From assembly GCA_001244265.2 (NCBI GenBank), contig CDLV01000004.1:3658001-3722000 (forward strand): DNA of 64,000 nt. The letters run 5' to 3'. The translations under genes were made by a program, and so were the position numbers. This document shows positions 1 to 13,090 of this stretch, in pieces (the first letter of the stretch is position 1; every line of letters starts with the position of its first letter). Source of the DNA: Microbotryum violaceum. Its lineage: Eukaryota. The notes under the pieces are model-generated. The model saw only the letters and a program-made list of their open reading frames with translations, had not been told where the DNA came from and made no database searches.

Positions 1-2096
1 CGCCGCTGACATCGACCTCGTCACCCTCCGCCCCTCTGTTCCATCCTTGACAACGACGCAGCTCTTCCCTTTGATGATCACTCGCTTGGCGTCGGTCGGT
101 TCGTCACTCGGGTCACTGAGGTCCGCCGCAGTCTGCGACCTCTTCATTACCGGCTTCTTGAACTTCGCAGCGGTCCCCCTGATATTAATGGAACGTATCT
201 CACCGTCCTCATCCCACGTGGCAAAGTTGTGACGCACCAAAGGGGTTTCAGCGTCAAGCCTCCTCTCGATGCTTTGGTCCCGCTCGAGTCGTGCCTGCTC
301 AACCCAGTTAGCTCTGATCCTGTCCCACTCCTCCCCCTCGCGAAGCGACTTGGCAAGAGTTTCGGGTGACAAAGTTGGGGTTGGTTCGTGGGGTGTCAAT
401 TTGCGGGAAGCGGTGGCGGCGGTTGCTGTTGCGTCGCTGTCGTCGTCATTGTCCAGCCTGTTCGTCTCCCCTAAGTCCGTCGGTTCCGCGTTCTCCGCTT
501 TCGTCGCTCCCCCTGCCTCGTCCACATCGTCCACCTCCGTCGCCACCTCCTCTTCCTCCATCTCCGTCGCCACCTCCTCTTCCTCCATCTCCGTCGCCAC
601 CTTGCCTTCTGTTTCGCCCCTTCCATCCGCCATCACCTCATCCTCATCAATCACCTCTCTATCGGATCCTCTGCGGTCCTCTAAAACCGACTCGTCCTCG
701 CTCTCAAGTTTGATGACCTCCGTTTTCGCGGTCGCCTCTGCTTCCATCTCCGAGTCCTCCGAGTCCTCGTCATCCGCCTTATCACCAGCGTCCTCCTCCC
801 CGATTCCTCCGGCCCCTGTCCGCTCTGGCCAGTTATCGCTTCCTCCTGTCCCTCTTCAACCTCGAGCCCGGCGAAGCGATTCTGTGATGCGATCCTGTTA
901 ACAACCGGCACAGGAATGGGGACCTCGGCATCCACAATGTTGGTGTCGTTGGTGATGGTGCTCTTGTTGGCGTTGGCGTTGGCGTTGTGAGCCTCCTTTC
1001 GCTTCCTCTCCGGACCCAGTCCGCAGGTTCCCACGTGACCCACGAAGTGGCACCTACCGCAAGCCGCCTCCTTCTCATAGTCATGGCAAAGGGCGGTGAC
1101 CGGGATGCCTTGAGTGGGAAGGCCGATTCTCGAAGGTAGGATCTCTTTCAAGTTCGTGTTAGGGCGTTTGAACAGGGAGTCGTCATCGAACTGTAGGAAA
1201 GCTGAGTAGTCTCCGGCAACGTGGGCAAAGGCCAAGGCGTTGTCCACGCTGATAATGCGCAGAACCTGCACAAGTTGGCACAAATGTCCCTTGCCTGACA
1301 AGTCCTGCACTAGTGATTGTAACGATTTGATGATGGCGTCCATGGAAAGCACTCCTTGAACACCAACGTTGATTCGAAGCTCAACCATGTTATGGTGGAA
1401 CCTGTGAGATTTTGCGAAGCGGGCCTTCGCCGATCGCCAAGTGAGAGCAGGGGGCGTCGTAAGCGCAGCGTCACGTGCCTCGCCGGTGACGAACCCAACC
1501 GTAACGCGATGGTGAGCCGCCCCATTACGCAGGATTGATGAATGTTGTACGCCTAGGATCTGTGGTCGATAGGCCGCAAGGTGGTCCGGCAGAGGAACTC
1601 CAGGCTCAAAGCAGATAGGAGAGATCGGCGATAACAGCCTCGTGACGCAGGCCACGAGATCGGTCTTGTCGGCATGAGACGCTCGCGAGGCGCTCTGGTG
1701 AGACAGAGTCACTTCAAGGGCGTAATCAAAGATGTTCTCGACAGACCGGTTCGCGTTCAAGGCCGAGAATTTCAGCGATGTGGCGGTGGCGACGGGGTAG
1801 AGTTCGGCGAAGTAGATGGCCTGGACCCAACGATCCATGCGGTTTCCGGGTACAGCACCCATGGCTTGTAGGAGGCTGCCCAAAGCCTTGGCACGCTGTT
1901 GTTGTTGTTGCTGTTGTTCAGGTGACTGAGTCGCCTGACTCGCAGCGGCGGCATAGTTGGGTGCGGCGGTGGCGGGGCCCGTGACTTGCGTCTTCTTCGA
2001 GCTTATCGGGATCTGGTCGCGGGGTGACTGGACGCTGGTGGCGGACACCGGTGGTGGCGGTGCCGGCGGTGGGGACCCAGGGTCTCCTGTAGACAT
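1..2096 (-). pseudogene. LINE A ORF1 (gag-like, CCHC knuckle), partial, with a 1-bp frameshift near 800
   Basis: ORF 681..2096 contains [13 protein letters not shown] (C-x2-C-x4-H-x3-C). The C-run near 800 is one base shorter than in copy 2. There is a 27-bp tandem duplication at ~541-594. Confidence 0.8.
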
Positions 2097-2168
2097 CTTG
2101 TCGGTGTATCACTTGTTAACTCGAGTATCGAAGACTGCGGTAGGGCGATTTCGAAGTGAAGTGAAGTG
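1..2168 (-). mobile_element. LINE family A (L1/Tx1-like), copy 1: 5' end and ORF1, running off the left edge
   Basis: Near-identical to 18418-20528. Similarity ends at the same 5' terminus (CACTTCACTTCACTT on the minus strand) in both copies. Confidence 0.9.
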
Positions 2169-2172
2169 AGCG

Positions 2173-3329
2173 ATGCGGGATGTGACGATCAGCGCCATCA
2201 TGAGCATGAGCGCGATCCCAGACATCTTGGAGGCACCCACGCCGCTGGCGAGAACGTACGACGAGCTGCAGCGGTATGCGGTCGACACGTGGTCCGTCTT
2301 CGAGCCGCTGGCAAGAATGGTGAGTGAAAATCGCTTCTTGTCTCCGCTCGTATACGCCGTGTTGAGGGGATGCCTCGATTTTTTTTTGTTTTCATGATCG
2401 ATCAGGACCAATCGGCTGAACATTACATCCGTCGATATTTCGCGCTCCGCTGGACGACGCCCCACAAACGCAAGAAAAAGGGAGCCGCGGACCTCAAAGT
2501 CGAGCCTGCCTCTGCACGAACTTCTGTTCCCGAGACTGGGCCAGAGCCGTCGGATGGCCGGGTCGTTATGCGCAAGAACAAGACGCTAGCCTCGTTTATC
2601 TTTGACGAGCTCGACCTCCGCCTGGGATCAGCTTTCCCTATGCTCGTTATGCCCAAAGGTACGCGACCTGGAGACGGTCAGGGTTACGATAAGGTTTCTG
2701 GCTTCCCTACTCGACCCCCGAGCACGTGCAGGCATCGAAGATGCCTACGACCAAAACACTATCCTGATGCAAAAGATGCTTGATCGCATGACCAAGGACG
2801 TTGCCGAGATCAACGTGACGAGGATCAGGAATCGACAAACGCCTTGGCCCAAATTAGACGAGGTGTGAACGATGGAGGGGGTGGGTTGAATTTGATCCGA
2901 GTGCGTCTCAACTGCATGCGCCGTAGCTGATTTGTCTCTTCTTCGTTTATTGAACAACAGTCGTCTTCAAGAAAGAGTCCTCGTTCCTCAACCGCACCGG
3001 TGCGCGCCGAGGCTTCATGCCCCTTCAAGAATGTGAGTCATGTTCGCAGGTCCCTCGACACGCCAGATTACATACTGAAATATTTCACCACCCAAAAAGA
3101 TCTCGCCGAACGACCCGATCGCGTCGACCACTTCCCACCGCACCGAGCATGCTACCTCCCTCCCGAACTGACTAAAGGATGGGTCATCACCCCCCGTCCG
3201 TGGGATGAGAAAGCCGATATGTTGACTCCTGCGGGGAGAAATCGGCGCAAGGGTGAGAGTGCAGTGTTGAATAAGGGCAGGGAGTCACTTTATCAGAGTC
3301 AGCAACAGCAACAGCAGCAAAAGTTGTGA
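2173..3329 (+). CDS. Probable multi-exon hypothetical gene (3' part; the 5' part is likely interrupted by LINE A)
   Basis: Consecutive short + ORFs (2173, 2370, 2602, 3000) are separated by GTGAGT/GTACGC/GTGTGA...CAG intron-like segments. It ends in polyQ-KL* followed by a T-rich 3' region. No family recognised. Confidence 0.4.
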
Positions 3330-3844
3330 GCGGGCGATGCTCATTGTCGACGCGCAGCCTGCAGATCACTCGTAGTATCCTAGATGCCATCGACGACCCA
3401 CCACACATACACTACATCCATCTATCACGATATTCTCCTACGACCCGAATCCACAGACACTTCTAATATTCCGACATATATTTGACTGTGACCTCTTGAT
3501 CACCTAGAGCCTCTCTCTTTCTGTTGTTGCATCGATACCAATTCATACACTTTTTCGTCCACCTTTTGATCACGTTTCACGAATTATTTATTCCTCGTGC
3601 GGCGTCTAAAAAAGGTCCATTGGTCATGACGTACAGTATGAAACGATAAGTCAGAGCAAGTATAAAGTAAGAAGGGGATTAAATGCTACAAGGCCAGAAG
3701 GGAAGTGGGTTCGTTTGATCGTTAAGCAGAAAAAGACGGCAAAGGGTTGGGCGAGTGACGCACAAAAACAATGAAGCAACAGAGTGCCTATATTCTACCG
3801 AGGAAATTTTCCAAGAAAAAAAGAGAAAAGTCGTGGGCGTGCTT

Positions 3845-6800
3845 CTATCGACGATCGAAAGGCTCCTCGGATCCTCGCGGCGAGCCATTACCTGTTGGTC
3901 GAGGGCCGAAAGCCGCGAAAGGAGACGCAGAGTTCGCCATCGGCGCATGAGGGATGAAAGGAGGGGGAGTGGCCGCTCCAATAGGTCGAGGAGGTGTGGC
4001 ACCCATCGGTAAACCCCTGGGTGAAGGACCGGGTGGGAGACTGCCTTGGCGGATGTGGTGCATCGGGGGTTGTTGACTTCCGGCATGACGAGAGGGGAGG
4101 CTGTTCCCGAATGCGACTTCGAACGAGGCTCTCGGGTCCCTTGCAGCCCGATAAGCTTGATCAGGTCCGGGTGAGGGTGTACGAGAGCGAGAGACGGCGG
4201 AGTAGTTGGCGTGGGGGGAGGAGGGAAGAGGGACGCCAAAGTCCATGGCACTCATTCTCCTCTGCTGCTGTTGTTGTTCGTGCAGGTACTCTTCTTCATG
4301 ATCACTCGGCGCGACGGAGGGGTACTTCGCCGTTGATCCTACTGAGGACGTGGGGTGACGTCCGGCGTACCTAGACATACTTCCACCCGGTTGAGAGCCG
4401 AACAAATTAACCGCGTAAGAGGGAGGGTACTGGATCAGCTGATCTGTCGACGAGTTGGGGCCCATCGTGCCTCCCGTCGGCATCCTCGACAACTCATTCG
4501 GTACATCCATATCATCGATCGGAGTACCGAGAGGACTTCCATTCTTGCTCGCCCCGTGTTGAAGGTATTGTTCCCTTCGCGTGTTGAAGTAATCGCCACC
4601 ATCGACGTATCGGCCCGCCGCACCAGGTCCCATTCCCGGACCGATGCCAGGACTGGCGTGCAATTGGGTCGCGGAAGAAATGGTCATCGCATCCTCGTCG
4701 CGCTGATGCAAGTATGCGTTGCGATCGAAAGTTAACTGACTCTCCTCGAGCAAGTCGAACGTGAGACCGCCGATCTTGTTCTGTTCGACCTTCTTGCCTT
4801 CGAGTGTACCACGGGTTTGATCGATCCGGCCATGATAGATCGTCGGCAGCAGGTGCTGGATCTTTTTATGGAGCATCGGGGTGAAGAGCGGGTCGAACAT
4901 GGACGGGTGACCGAAGCGACGCTCGAGGCGGTTCTTCCTCGCGTCGGCGTGATGAATCCTCAATTCGGCCAACTCGGTCTGCGAGGGCACATACCAACGG
5001 AAACGGTCGCTGAACTGTCGATCGAGGAAGAATTTGAAGACAAAGACGCCGATGAAGGGGGGGGCGATCGAGATCGAGTGGTACCAGTTCGACGTCAAGC
5101 CCATCGTAACGGCCATCAAGGCATGCATGAGGACCACGCACACCAAGACACGATTGATGCAGACGTTCCACAATCGACCTCCCGTCTCGACGCGGGTCGT
5201 GTTGACGTACATCAGCTGATACTTGTAGACCCAGTAAGACACCGCGAAAGCGAAGCATCCGAATAGAGGGACGAGAGGAGCGATGGGCGCGTAGACGAGC
5301 GCGACGGCGACCATGAGCAGGTGGTTTGAGTAGTAGACCGGGTAATCAAATTCTGGCGGCTTGGTCCATTCACGGATCTCGCGAGGCGTGCGACCGAATA
5401 GTCGCGTGCGGATCCAAACGTAAAGCAGTGCGATCAATTGCGCAAGATCGAACAGCGCCGACGCTCCTCGAAGTGGGAAGACGGTAAGCCAATAAGAACT
5501 TTGAATGATGTACGTATTTTGACTGGAAGAGAGGAGTTCGTATCAGTCATTGGCAATGCTCTTCAGCCTTTTGACCGGTGAGCAGGTTACTAACAGTGTA
5601 TCAGGAACCGTCTTGAGGTAATTCCAAATCTCGGAGGCCGACGAGTGGGCGTCAATCTCGACATAAAGTTTCATCGCGACTTGAACCACGACACCGAGCA
5701 ACGTGAAGATGACAAATTGCGAGATGATGACGAACGCTGAGTACCTCGCCGTGACGACTCGATCTGCACGCGAGTGGGTTATAGCTCCTTGCATCGAAGC
5801 GATCGCACGGATGACCACGGGAAGCAACAACTGTAACAAAGCCGTGAGGAGGGAGGGCACCACTCCGACGAATGCGGCGAACAATGTAGGGTGATTGTTT
5901 TGCCAGTCACGGATGAACCTGACGTAGGCGATCAGGGAAGCCAAATTGGCCAACAACGAAGCCGCGGCCAAGGGTATGAGGTAGAAGATGCAAAAAACGA
6001 CGAGCAAGATGGCACCGAGAAACTTGTTCTTGCGCCGCGAGTTGTCATGCATCGTCAAATTGTCCCAGATGATGTCTTGCGGCGAAGGGGCGAGATCCCA
6101 GCGTGCATCACCCTTCTTCTTGCCTTCGAGCTTTTTCGCTACGAGGTGTGCGTACGGAACAGTTTCAAACGAGGCGAAACCATAATTCTCAGGCTTGGCG
6201 CCAGTGATTCCTTGTCGCGTCACCTCGATTCTCTCTTCGAAGCGTTGGATCTTCTGCGTCAAGTAATCTATCGAGTCGACCTTCTTGCCACCCATGCCCA
6301 TCCATCCACCGACCCTCATAGTCGGTCGGTTCGTCGCTACTCGATTCGGGTCCTTGAAGTAGCTCGTCAACACGCCTTCGAGTGCGCGTACGGCATCGTT
6401 GTGTCGTTGGATCAATTCGGGCAGAGTGCTGACTTTGCGACCGATGTGAACGGCGGTCGTAGGGTACGGGATTTGGAGAGTTCGCAGAAGGTTGAACAGG
6501 CCTTCATCAGACCGATCGCGTTTCTGGATCTGGGTGACCATGATCGATCGCGCGTGGAGGGTGTTTTGGTACTCATCGGATCGAAACCATTGCCAACGCA
6601 TCTTGACCATCTGGTCGTAGTTGACCCAGATGAAGTAGAAGACGACGGCGGTGAGGACGTAGGTCATGGTTACATGGGCCCAGAGCCACGAGCCGCGCAC
6701 TTTCGAGATGGTCAGGATGAGCAGGGAGTTGCGGTTCTTAGACGTCACGTTGCGCAAGTTGTAGATGACGTCGAGCGGGATCAGGACGGCGCAAGTCAAT

Positions 6801-7426
6801 GCAGCGGTGACGAGGAGACTGCATGAGTGTACCGTGGCAGCATGACATCAACGGCTTTTCTCTCGCGAAGCTCATCTTGAACGGAGCACTCACGCATTGC
6901 GGCACATTTTCAGAAACCTCAGATATGCTACGGCATCCAAACCAATCGTGATCAAGAGTTGCTGCTCGTCGGTTCTGAACGTAGGTCCAACCCTATCAGG
7001 TAGCAAGTCACATGAATGAGGTTTCGCCAACCCCGCTGTCGCAGCTCAGCCTAGAAGTGATAAACGGACCAACTTGTAAGACCCTTGCCCAACTTGGGAG
7101 GTCGCTTTTCATCCTCCGAGTATTTGACTTTGGGTTGGTAGACGACCGAGTTGTTGGGTCGAAGGATCGAAAAGGAGACGATGGCGGTGAGCCCGAGCGC
7201 GGCCATCAAAGCCAACTGGATGCCCACGGCTTTGGGACTGGAGTGGCAGAAACGTGCAAAAGTATGAATGTGAGATGAGGGAAATCACACTTGGTGTAAG
7301 AACGCTGCCGGGTATCCACGACACCCAGTGCAAACTCGCCAGGGCGGAGCTAACTTACGCAACCTTGTTGAGCTTCGAGTTGTATTCATTGGCGATCTGG
7401 TTGATCTGTTGGGCTGCAGACGACAT
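3845..7426 (-). CDS. CSC1/OSCA-family (RSN1/PHM7, DUF221) Ca2+-permeable osmosensitive channel, multi-exon
   Basis: ATG at 7426. Spliced N-terminal TM segment ...FSILRPNNSVVYQPK, then LWAHVTMTY, ARSIMV, YGFASF, LAPSPQDIIWDNL, YAPIAPLV and YKYQLMYV..ETGGRLW. GT-AG introns at ~7358, ~7068, ~6892 and ~5590. Confidence 0.93.
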
Positions 7427-8221
7427 CTTGGCGAATCACCACGGAGATGACTCCGTTTCCGATGTTGTCTTTGGACTTTCGGAGCTTGACCAGCCGACGT
7501 ATGAGAGTGGTGACCAAGACTGACTCCGCTAGCTCGTCGTACGCAGCACGTCGTTACCCCGGACAAAGGTTCCAACAAGTTCGTTTACTTAAACGCGAAA
7601 GAAGGCTCCGGTGTTACGCGCACTGCTATTGCCGGACAGGCTAGTTTAAGGACCTGTAGGGTAGAGAGATGGTCAATACCTGAATTCGGAAAGTTTTCGA
7701 GATGGTTAGTCTTTGTGTTAGGATCGGTTGCGCCTCTGGCCAAGGCTACTCTAGTCACGTCATGCCACGAACGGTCCCGACGGGCCGCGTGTGCCTTCGT
7801 GGTCGTCACCCACCGGATGGGCGCAAGCCCTAGAGCAAGCCGTTTCATGTTCCAGTCCAGCATTGGACCATACTATCCTTCCACTCCCGTCCAGCCCCTT
7901 GCACCCACCCAACACCTTCCCCATTCGTCCTGCGAAGGCTCAATTTCGGCCTGTGGCCTAAGGCTGGGGTCGCACCGCTTTCGCGCACGCCGCTCGCAAC
8001 GGGCGGTGCCGCAGCCGTGACCCGGCCTACCCTGGTTTCGGACATGCACGAACCATTCAGGAACAACGCACACGATCACTCACCTTGACAGATGCGTTGA
8101 ATCCCAAGAAACCGAAGGTAGATCCAATGATCCGAAAGAATGACTCGGTGTCGTAGGACAATGCTCACTTGGCGGGGTAGGGGTGTAGCCGGAGGGGGCA
8201 AGACGAGCGTGGACAAGGGAC

Positions 8222-8360
8222 GGGCTTACGAGTTATCGGCGCGCTTGGCCCAGTTGCCCTCCGAAATTTCAGGGCCATTTTGGGGTGTTTCTCTGTAACT
8301 TGGCAAGTAGGCGCATCCATGCAAAAGTGACGGACCTTATTTTTCTTTATGCTCTAAAAA
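8222..8360 (+). mobile_element. Orphan copy of the AcademH left terminal region
   Basis: Matches 10673-10811 (GGGCTTACGAGTTATCGGCGCGCTTGGCCCAGTTGCCCTCCG...GCTCTAAAAA). It is cut by a Helitron CTAG end at an A|T site. Confidence 0.8.
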
Positions 8361-8450
8361 CTAGTGCGGTGGCGCGCTTCGCGCGCCATCAAGCCACGTG
8401 GTTTTTCTCGTTCTAGAATGTTCTTTGTCTCGACGACGTTTTTTACTATA
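8361..8450 (-). mobile_element. 90-bp minimal Helitron-like unit (5' subterminal motif, hairpin and CTAG)
   Basis: The minus strand reads GTCGAGACAAAGAAC..CCACGTGG, then the hairpin TGGCGCGCGAAGCGCGCCA, then CTAG. Confidence 0.65.
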
Positions 8451-9500
8451 CTAGGTTCGGCGGCGCTCCGCGCGCCACCTCACGCCGTAACCTTTGATCC
8501 GCTGCAATGTGATGTGCTTTGCTGCAACAGTTTGGCTACTGTTGTAACGGAAACCTGGTGGTTCAAGTCGAGAGAGGACCGCGCGCGACAATCAAATGTA
8601 CACAGTTTTCATTTCATCATTGGACTACTTTTTCGTTCTCCGGGAGCCCGATGATGGGCTCAGACCGTCGTCGAGACCCGTGTCGAGTGCGTAGACCTTT
8701 TCACGGGTGTCGCACGCTTGACTTGCGAGCTGCCAATCGAACCGAGCCGTACATATTGGAATATCCTTTCGACCAGCTGGAAACATCGACGGGGCTGCAT
8801 CAGCGCCTCTCGTTTCATCACTGGGAGCCCCCTGATGGGCTAAGACCGTCGTCGAGACCCGCGTCGAGTGTGGAGCAACGCCATCCCGGTGATGTTGAGA
8901 CTCTGAAGATACTCGATCGAGAACAGTGTGATTCGTCTTCGTTTTCGACCGAATCTGCGCTATAGAACGTTTGAGCGTCACCCGGCAGCAAGTCGAGCAC
9001 CACGTCGTTGATGTGATCCACCTGCAAATTTTTGGGCGTCAGTTGTGCTCGCTCTCGGAAGTATTCGACTTTTTCGCCTATCGATATATTGTCCAGTTCG
9101 AGCGCGGGGACGGGATAGACGTGTCTGATCAACCTCGACATCTTCGACGACTCTACGTGCAATGTTCCGAGACATCGACGGTGCTGCATCGGTGCCTTGT
9201 CCCAGAGCTCGGCAAGCTGTCCTTGTTTCGGAACCTTGCACGTAAAGTCGTCGAAGATGATGATCGGGACCTTGAACCGTGAATGCGCCGTTCTGCCTTT
9301 TGGCAGTAGCAGCGCAACAATACTCGATGATGCAACGGCAAGAGCGTATGTTCCCTCTGACCGAATCCGAGCAAGGACCGTTTCTTCCAAGCACGATTTT
9401 CCTGTCCCTCCCGGAGCATCAACGAAATCGACGATCGCACTTGGCTCAGCGAAGTGCGGACCCATCCCGCCACACTCAGCCGAGTCGCACTTATGCAGGT
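8451..9500 (-). mobile_element. Deleted Helitron (PIF1 helicase fragments and 3' terminus)
   Basis: ORF 8818..9465 has [29 protein letters not shown] and WDKAPMQH. The 3' hairpin and CTAG lie at 8451-8480, and the 3' region resembles 45990-46087. The right boundary is approximate. Confidence 0.85.
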
Positions 9501-11595
9501 TTTGAATGATTAGCCTTCTACTACCCTGAAGATGGTATAATATCGAGGATTGTGGAAGCTCCTGCGGCTAGAAAGTCACGTGCTATAAAACACGACACAG
9601 CACATCACTCTTCTCTTGGGCTATATGCTCAAGATAGGTAGGCGCCGGGGCGCCGGTAGCCGATCGGCACGGTACGGCAACGAACGATATGGCCCGGTGG
9701 AAGGAGTGATGCGGCTTCTTGACTTCGCGAATCTGACCGACAACATTGATATGCATGCAGCTGGTTAGTGCGGCGCGCCTGCATCAGAACATTCTTCACC
9801 ATTGAGTCTGAATTTAGTCTCATCCCGTCCATGCAGATGGCTACGTCAAGAGTTCGACCTATCACGAGCGAGGCAACACCCGCGCTCACATGAAAGAGAT
9901 CAAGAAACGCAGAGAAGTTCCTTCGTCTTATATCAGTGACGCCAACATGCCAGAAGCGTCAGTTGCGTTCGCTTCTCCTGCTCGTTATCCCGGGACAGGC
10001 GTTTCCAAGTCATCAAACGCGCCGCCCAGCTCGTTGTCGCGGCCCATGCCAGTCTCACCGATTGAGATCGACGATTTGATCACGATAGATTTAGCTCGCT
10101 CACGGCAGCTACCCGTCGATCCGAGAAGCAAAGTAAACTGCGCGGTGCGCAATCAAGGCCGGCCAAAGCGGTTTCCAAAAATGGGCCTATCATGACTTTT
10201 CAAGCGCTATCCGATTCAACTCTCCTAAAAGCCGCTTGCACGCGTGAGCTATTTTTAAGCGAAGTCGAGTCAGAGTTGCAGCAAAACCGGGTAAACTGGG
10301 TTGTAACTAACAAGCACAGTCTGTTTTTTTGTTTTGTTGTTTTTTAGGAAAAAAGGAAAAGTGGAAAAGTGGAAAAAAAGAGAGGATAGGTGAACAAGGG
10401 AAGGCGGGCGGGAAGCTCAAAACAGAGGTCTTTGCGAGGCGTAGCAAAGATTGTATTTAGTGACGTGCAACTATGACATGGGCTTTGCGTAGCGTGATAG
10501 CGTACCTTTGCGAGGCGTAGCACGAGTGTCAATGAGAATTGAAGCACTTAGTGCGGTCTCGGCGGAGGTAGCCTATAGAATGCTAGGCGTCACATAGCCA
10601 GAAATGGGTGCCCAGCGCTCCCGGCCTCAGACCCTCTCAGACCTAAGCTCAACTAAGCCCTCCCTCTGGGAGGGGCTTACGAGTTATCGGCGCGCTTGGC
10701 CCAGTTGCCCTCCGAAATTTCAGGGCCATTTTAGGGTGGTTCTCTGTATCTTGGCAACTAGGCGCATTCCTGCAAAAGTGAGGGATATTATTTTTCTCTA
10801 TGCTCTAAAAATGACTTACCCAAGTGACGAGAGCTTTCATAAGATGTGGGTGGCGCTCCAGCAATCCGAAGTCTGCGATTTCGGTCGATCGGGCCCCAGA
10901 TGGTCCGAGCGCATCGTGTAATTGGCGCTCTCATCATCGGCGAGTCTGCTTCGATTTTGTAGCCGCGATATCTCGCTATGTCAATACCTGTCGTAGTACT
11001 TCAGCCCATACAATTTGAAGGCGTTCAAACACACCGACCAAAGCTGTTCAACAACAACTGGTCCAGCCTTAAGAGTTGGAAGGAGCAACGAGCGGTCGAG
11101 GAGGTCTGTGCGGCGTACGCGCGAGTGCAAGAGGGCCTGAATAGAATTTGATAGGCCTGATCCCGCGCATGACAAACTGGGTCTTTTCCTCACGTTTGGC
11201 TCTGCATCAGATCAGGTGTGTACTTCGCGTATTCATGCCTCAATGTGTTAAATGATTAACTCTGATGTTTGGCTCTGTATTGGATCAGTCCATTGTTCAA
11301 CTTTAAGCGTGTACTTGATCTCATTCTACGACTTGCACGCGAGGATGGCGCAGAGTCAAGAAGCCAAATCAATGACTGGATCGCCGACTTGGAGCAGGTG
11401 GGCAACACTTCGTACTTCTTGGATTGATTCTCCGGATCCAATAAAGCTACTTAATACTTGCCTTATTCGCCTGCAGGCCGACTCAATCAGCATTAAAGAG
11501 ATGAAGCGTGAGTGTTTCTGACCCTAGCTCGGCTGGGTATCGCAGCGAACTGACACCAAAAATCAACACGCTGGCCGCAGCTTTACCGCAGTGTC

Positions 11596-12215
11596 ATGGG
11601 TCAGATCGAATTCGCTTGCAACCGAGGGAACAACGCCATGCAGCATCACAACGGTCTCATGACTCTCGCATGTGGAGCGAACGACCGATTGACAACATTT
11701 CTGTACGATTGCGGCTTGACGACTTCTCGCTGGGCGACTCTCCAGGCAGCTGCGAGCTTGACGAAGGCGAATTCGACGAAACTGAAGGAGGTTGGCTCGA
11801 ACAAGTACTTCCATGTGACCATTGACAACATCGACGTCACACATCACGTCAACGATCGGCAATTGGATCGACGAACCGAGCTGCTTCATGGAACTTTTGG
11901 TTACGCCCACATTCAGAACGGAGATATTGCCGGCGCTTACAACCTTCGAGCCTACTCTGCACATCAAGCGTCTTTGCCGCGAGTCAATCTCCAACATCTC
12001 CTCCCAACTCCCCAATCCGACTCGTCATTTACAACCGGGATCAAAGCTCAGATATATCGAACGCTTGCTCGATTGGTCCCTCATCTTGGTCTCAGTCTTC
12101 GCGATCCTCGATGCACACCACCCCCTGTGGAACAACTGGACGTCAAAAAGCCCGTCATCAATTTGCTTCAAATGATGGACGAGTCGGATACCTCCACCGC
12201 GGATGTGGCACAAGT
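11596..12215 (+). pseudogene. Academ transposase (DUF6589-like), N-terminal part
   Basis: NRGNNAMQHHNGL..LACG..FLYDCGLTTS, IDNIDV, HGTFGYAH, LLPTP and LLQMMDES match the pattern of fungal Academ/DUF6589 proteins. Truncated at ~12215. Confidence 0.75.
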
Positions 12216-13090
12216 GGCTCATGGATCCAGCGCGGTCGGCGCTGCCTGCGAGTCCCCATTCGGCGATCTTGATTGCCTCGTCATAGACGAGCAACTTGAC
12301 GCGCTCTCGAAAGGACTCGTTAGAGATCAACTTTGCCCAATCTGCATTGTTGATATGCATTTCAGGAGACTTGACACGCAGCAAACAGGAAGGAAAATCA
12401 ACACATCTGCACTTCACTCAAACAGGAGGTCAACCGGCACATACAATCAGAATGAAGGAGATCGTGTGATTGGGGTCGTCCAACTGCCTGTACAGCTCGC
12501 CGTCTCTCCAGGCCTCCTCAGATACCACAACCGCTTTCTTTCCCTTTCGATTGAGATCGGCAGCCTGAAAGAGGCATGTGACTGCGGAAATCGGCACGGA
12601 TGTCGGTCCAGCAAGCCCAGTCGGCAGAAAAACTCACCTGATGATTGCTCAGTGCATTCAGTGGACTGACAACAATGGTGACGGCCCGACGTCCATAAAT
12701 GAGATATATTGCTTCGAAAAGAACACTTTTGCCTGAACCTGTTGGCGCTGTGACGAACACAGCGTCATATCGATCCCGGTTCGCAAATTGATCGAGTTCG
12801 AAAAGTGCCGCAATGGCCTCGATCTGCACAGGCCGGGGGATAGAGTCCTCGCCAAGACTTTCGCCCAGAATAACTTTGATCTTCTTGCGTAATTCGCTGG
12901 AATCTCGTCGGTCCTCCTGAGTCAAACGTGGCCTCCAGTGACCGAGAACGGTTGTCGGTTTGGTTGAATGATTCGGTGCTGGGGTCGTAGGACTGGCCCT
13001 TGAAGCTGATCGCAAGGGAGACGCCCTGAACTCAATTGACGGATGTCGACGGGGCGGTCCCCTAACCGGCCTGGGTGTTTGTACCAACAT
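12216..13090 (-). pseudogene. RecQ-like SF2 helicase, N-terminal part, spliced and truncated
   Basis: PRPVQIEAI, TAPTGSGKS (motif I) and VVSPLNAL..HQ (Ia), then after introns SPEM and LLVYDEAIKIAEWG (motif II variant plus aromatic loop). Confidence 0.85.

Noticed and set aside
269-901. Long S/P-rich + strand ORFs (also 18646-19380, 14340-15706, 49462-50169, 55265-56236)
   Set aside because: These are antisense shadows of GC-rich minus-strand coding sequences.
7585-8100. Minus-strand coding-like remnant upstream of the channel gene
   Set aside because: It is interrupted by a stop and no motif was recognised.
9500-10640. Possible LTR or TE end (CTTTGCGAGGCGTAGCA repeats at ~10430-10520)
   Set aside because: No second copy, TSD or coding motif in the window defines it.
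12216-12669. C-terminal half of the 357-aa ORF as genuine transposase
   Set aside because: It is antisense read-through over the helicase exons past the deletion junction.
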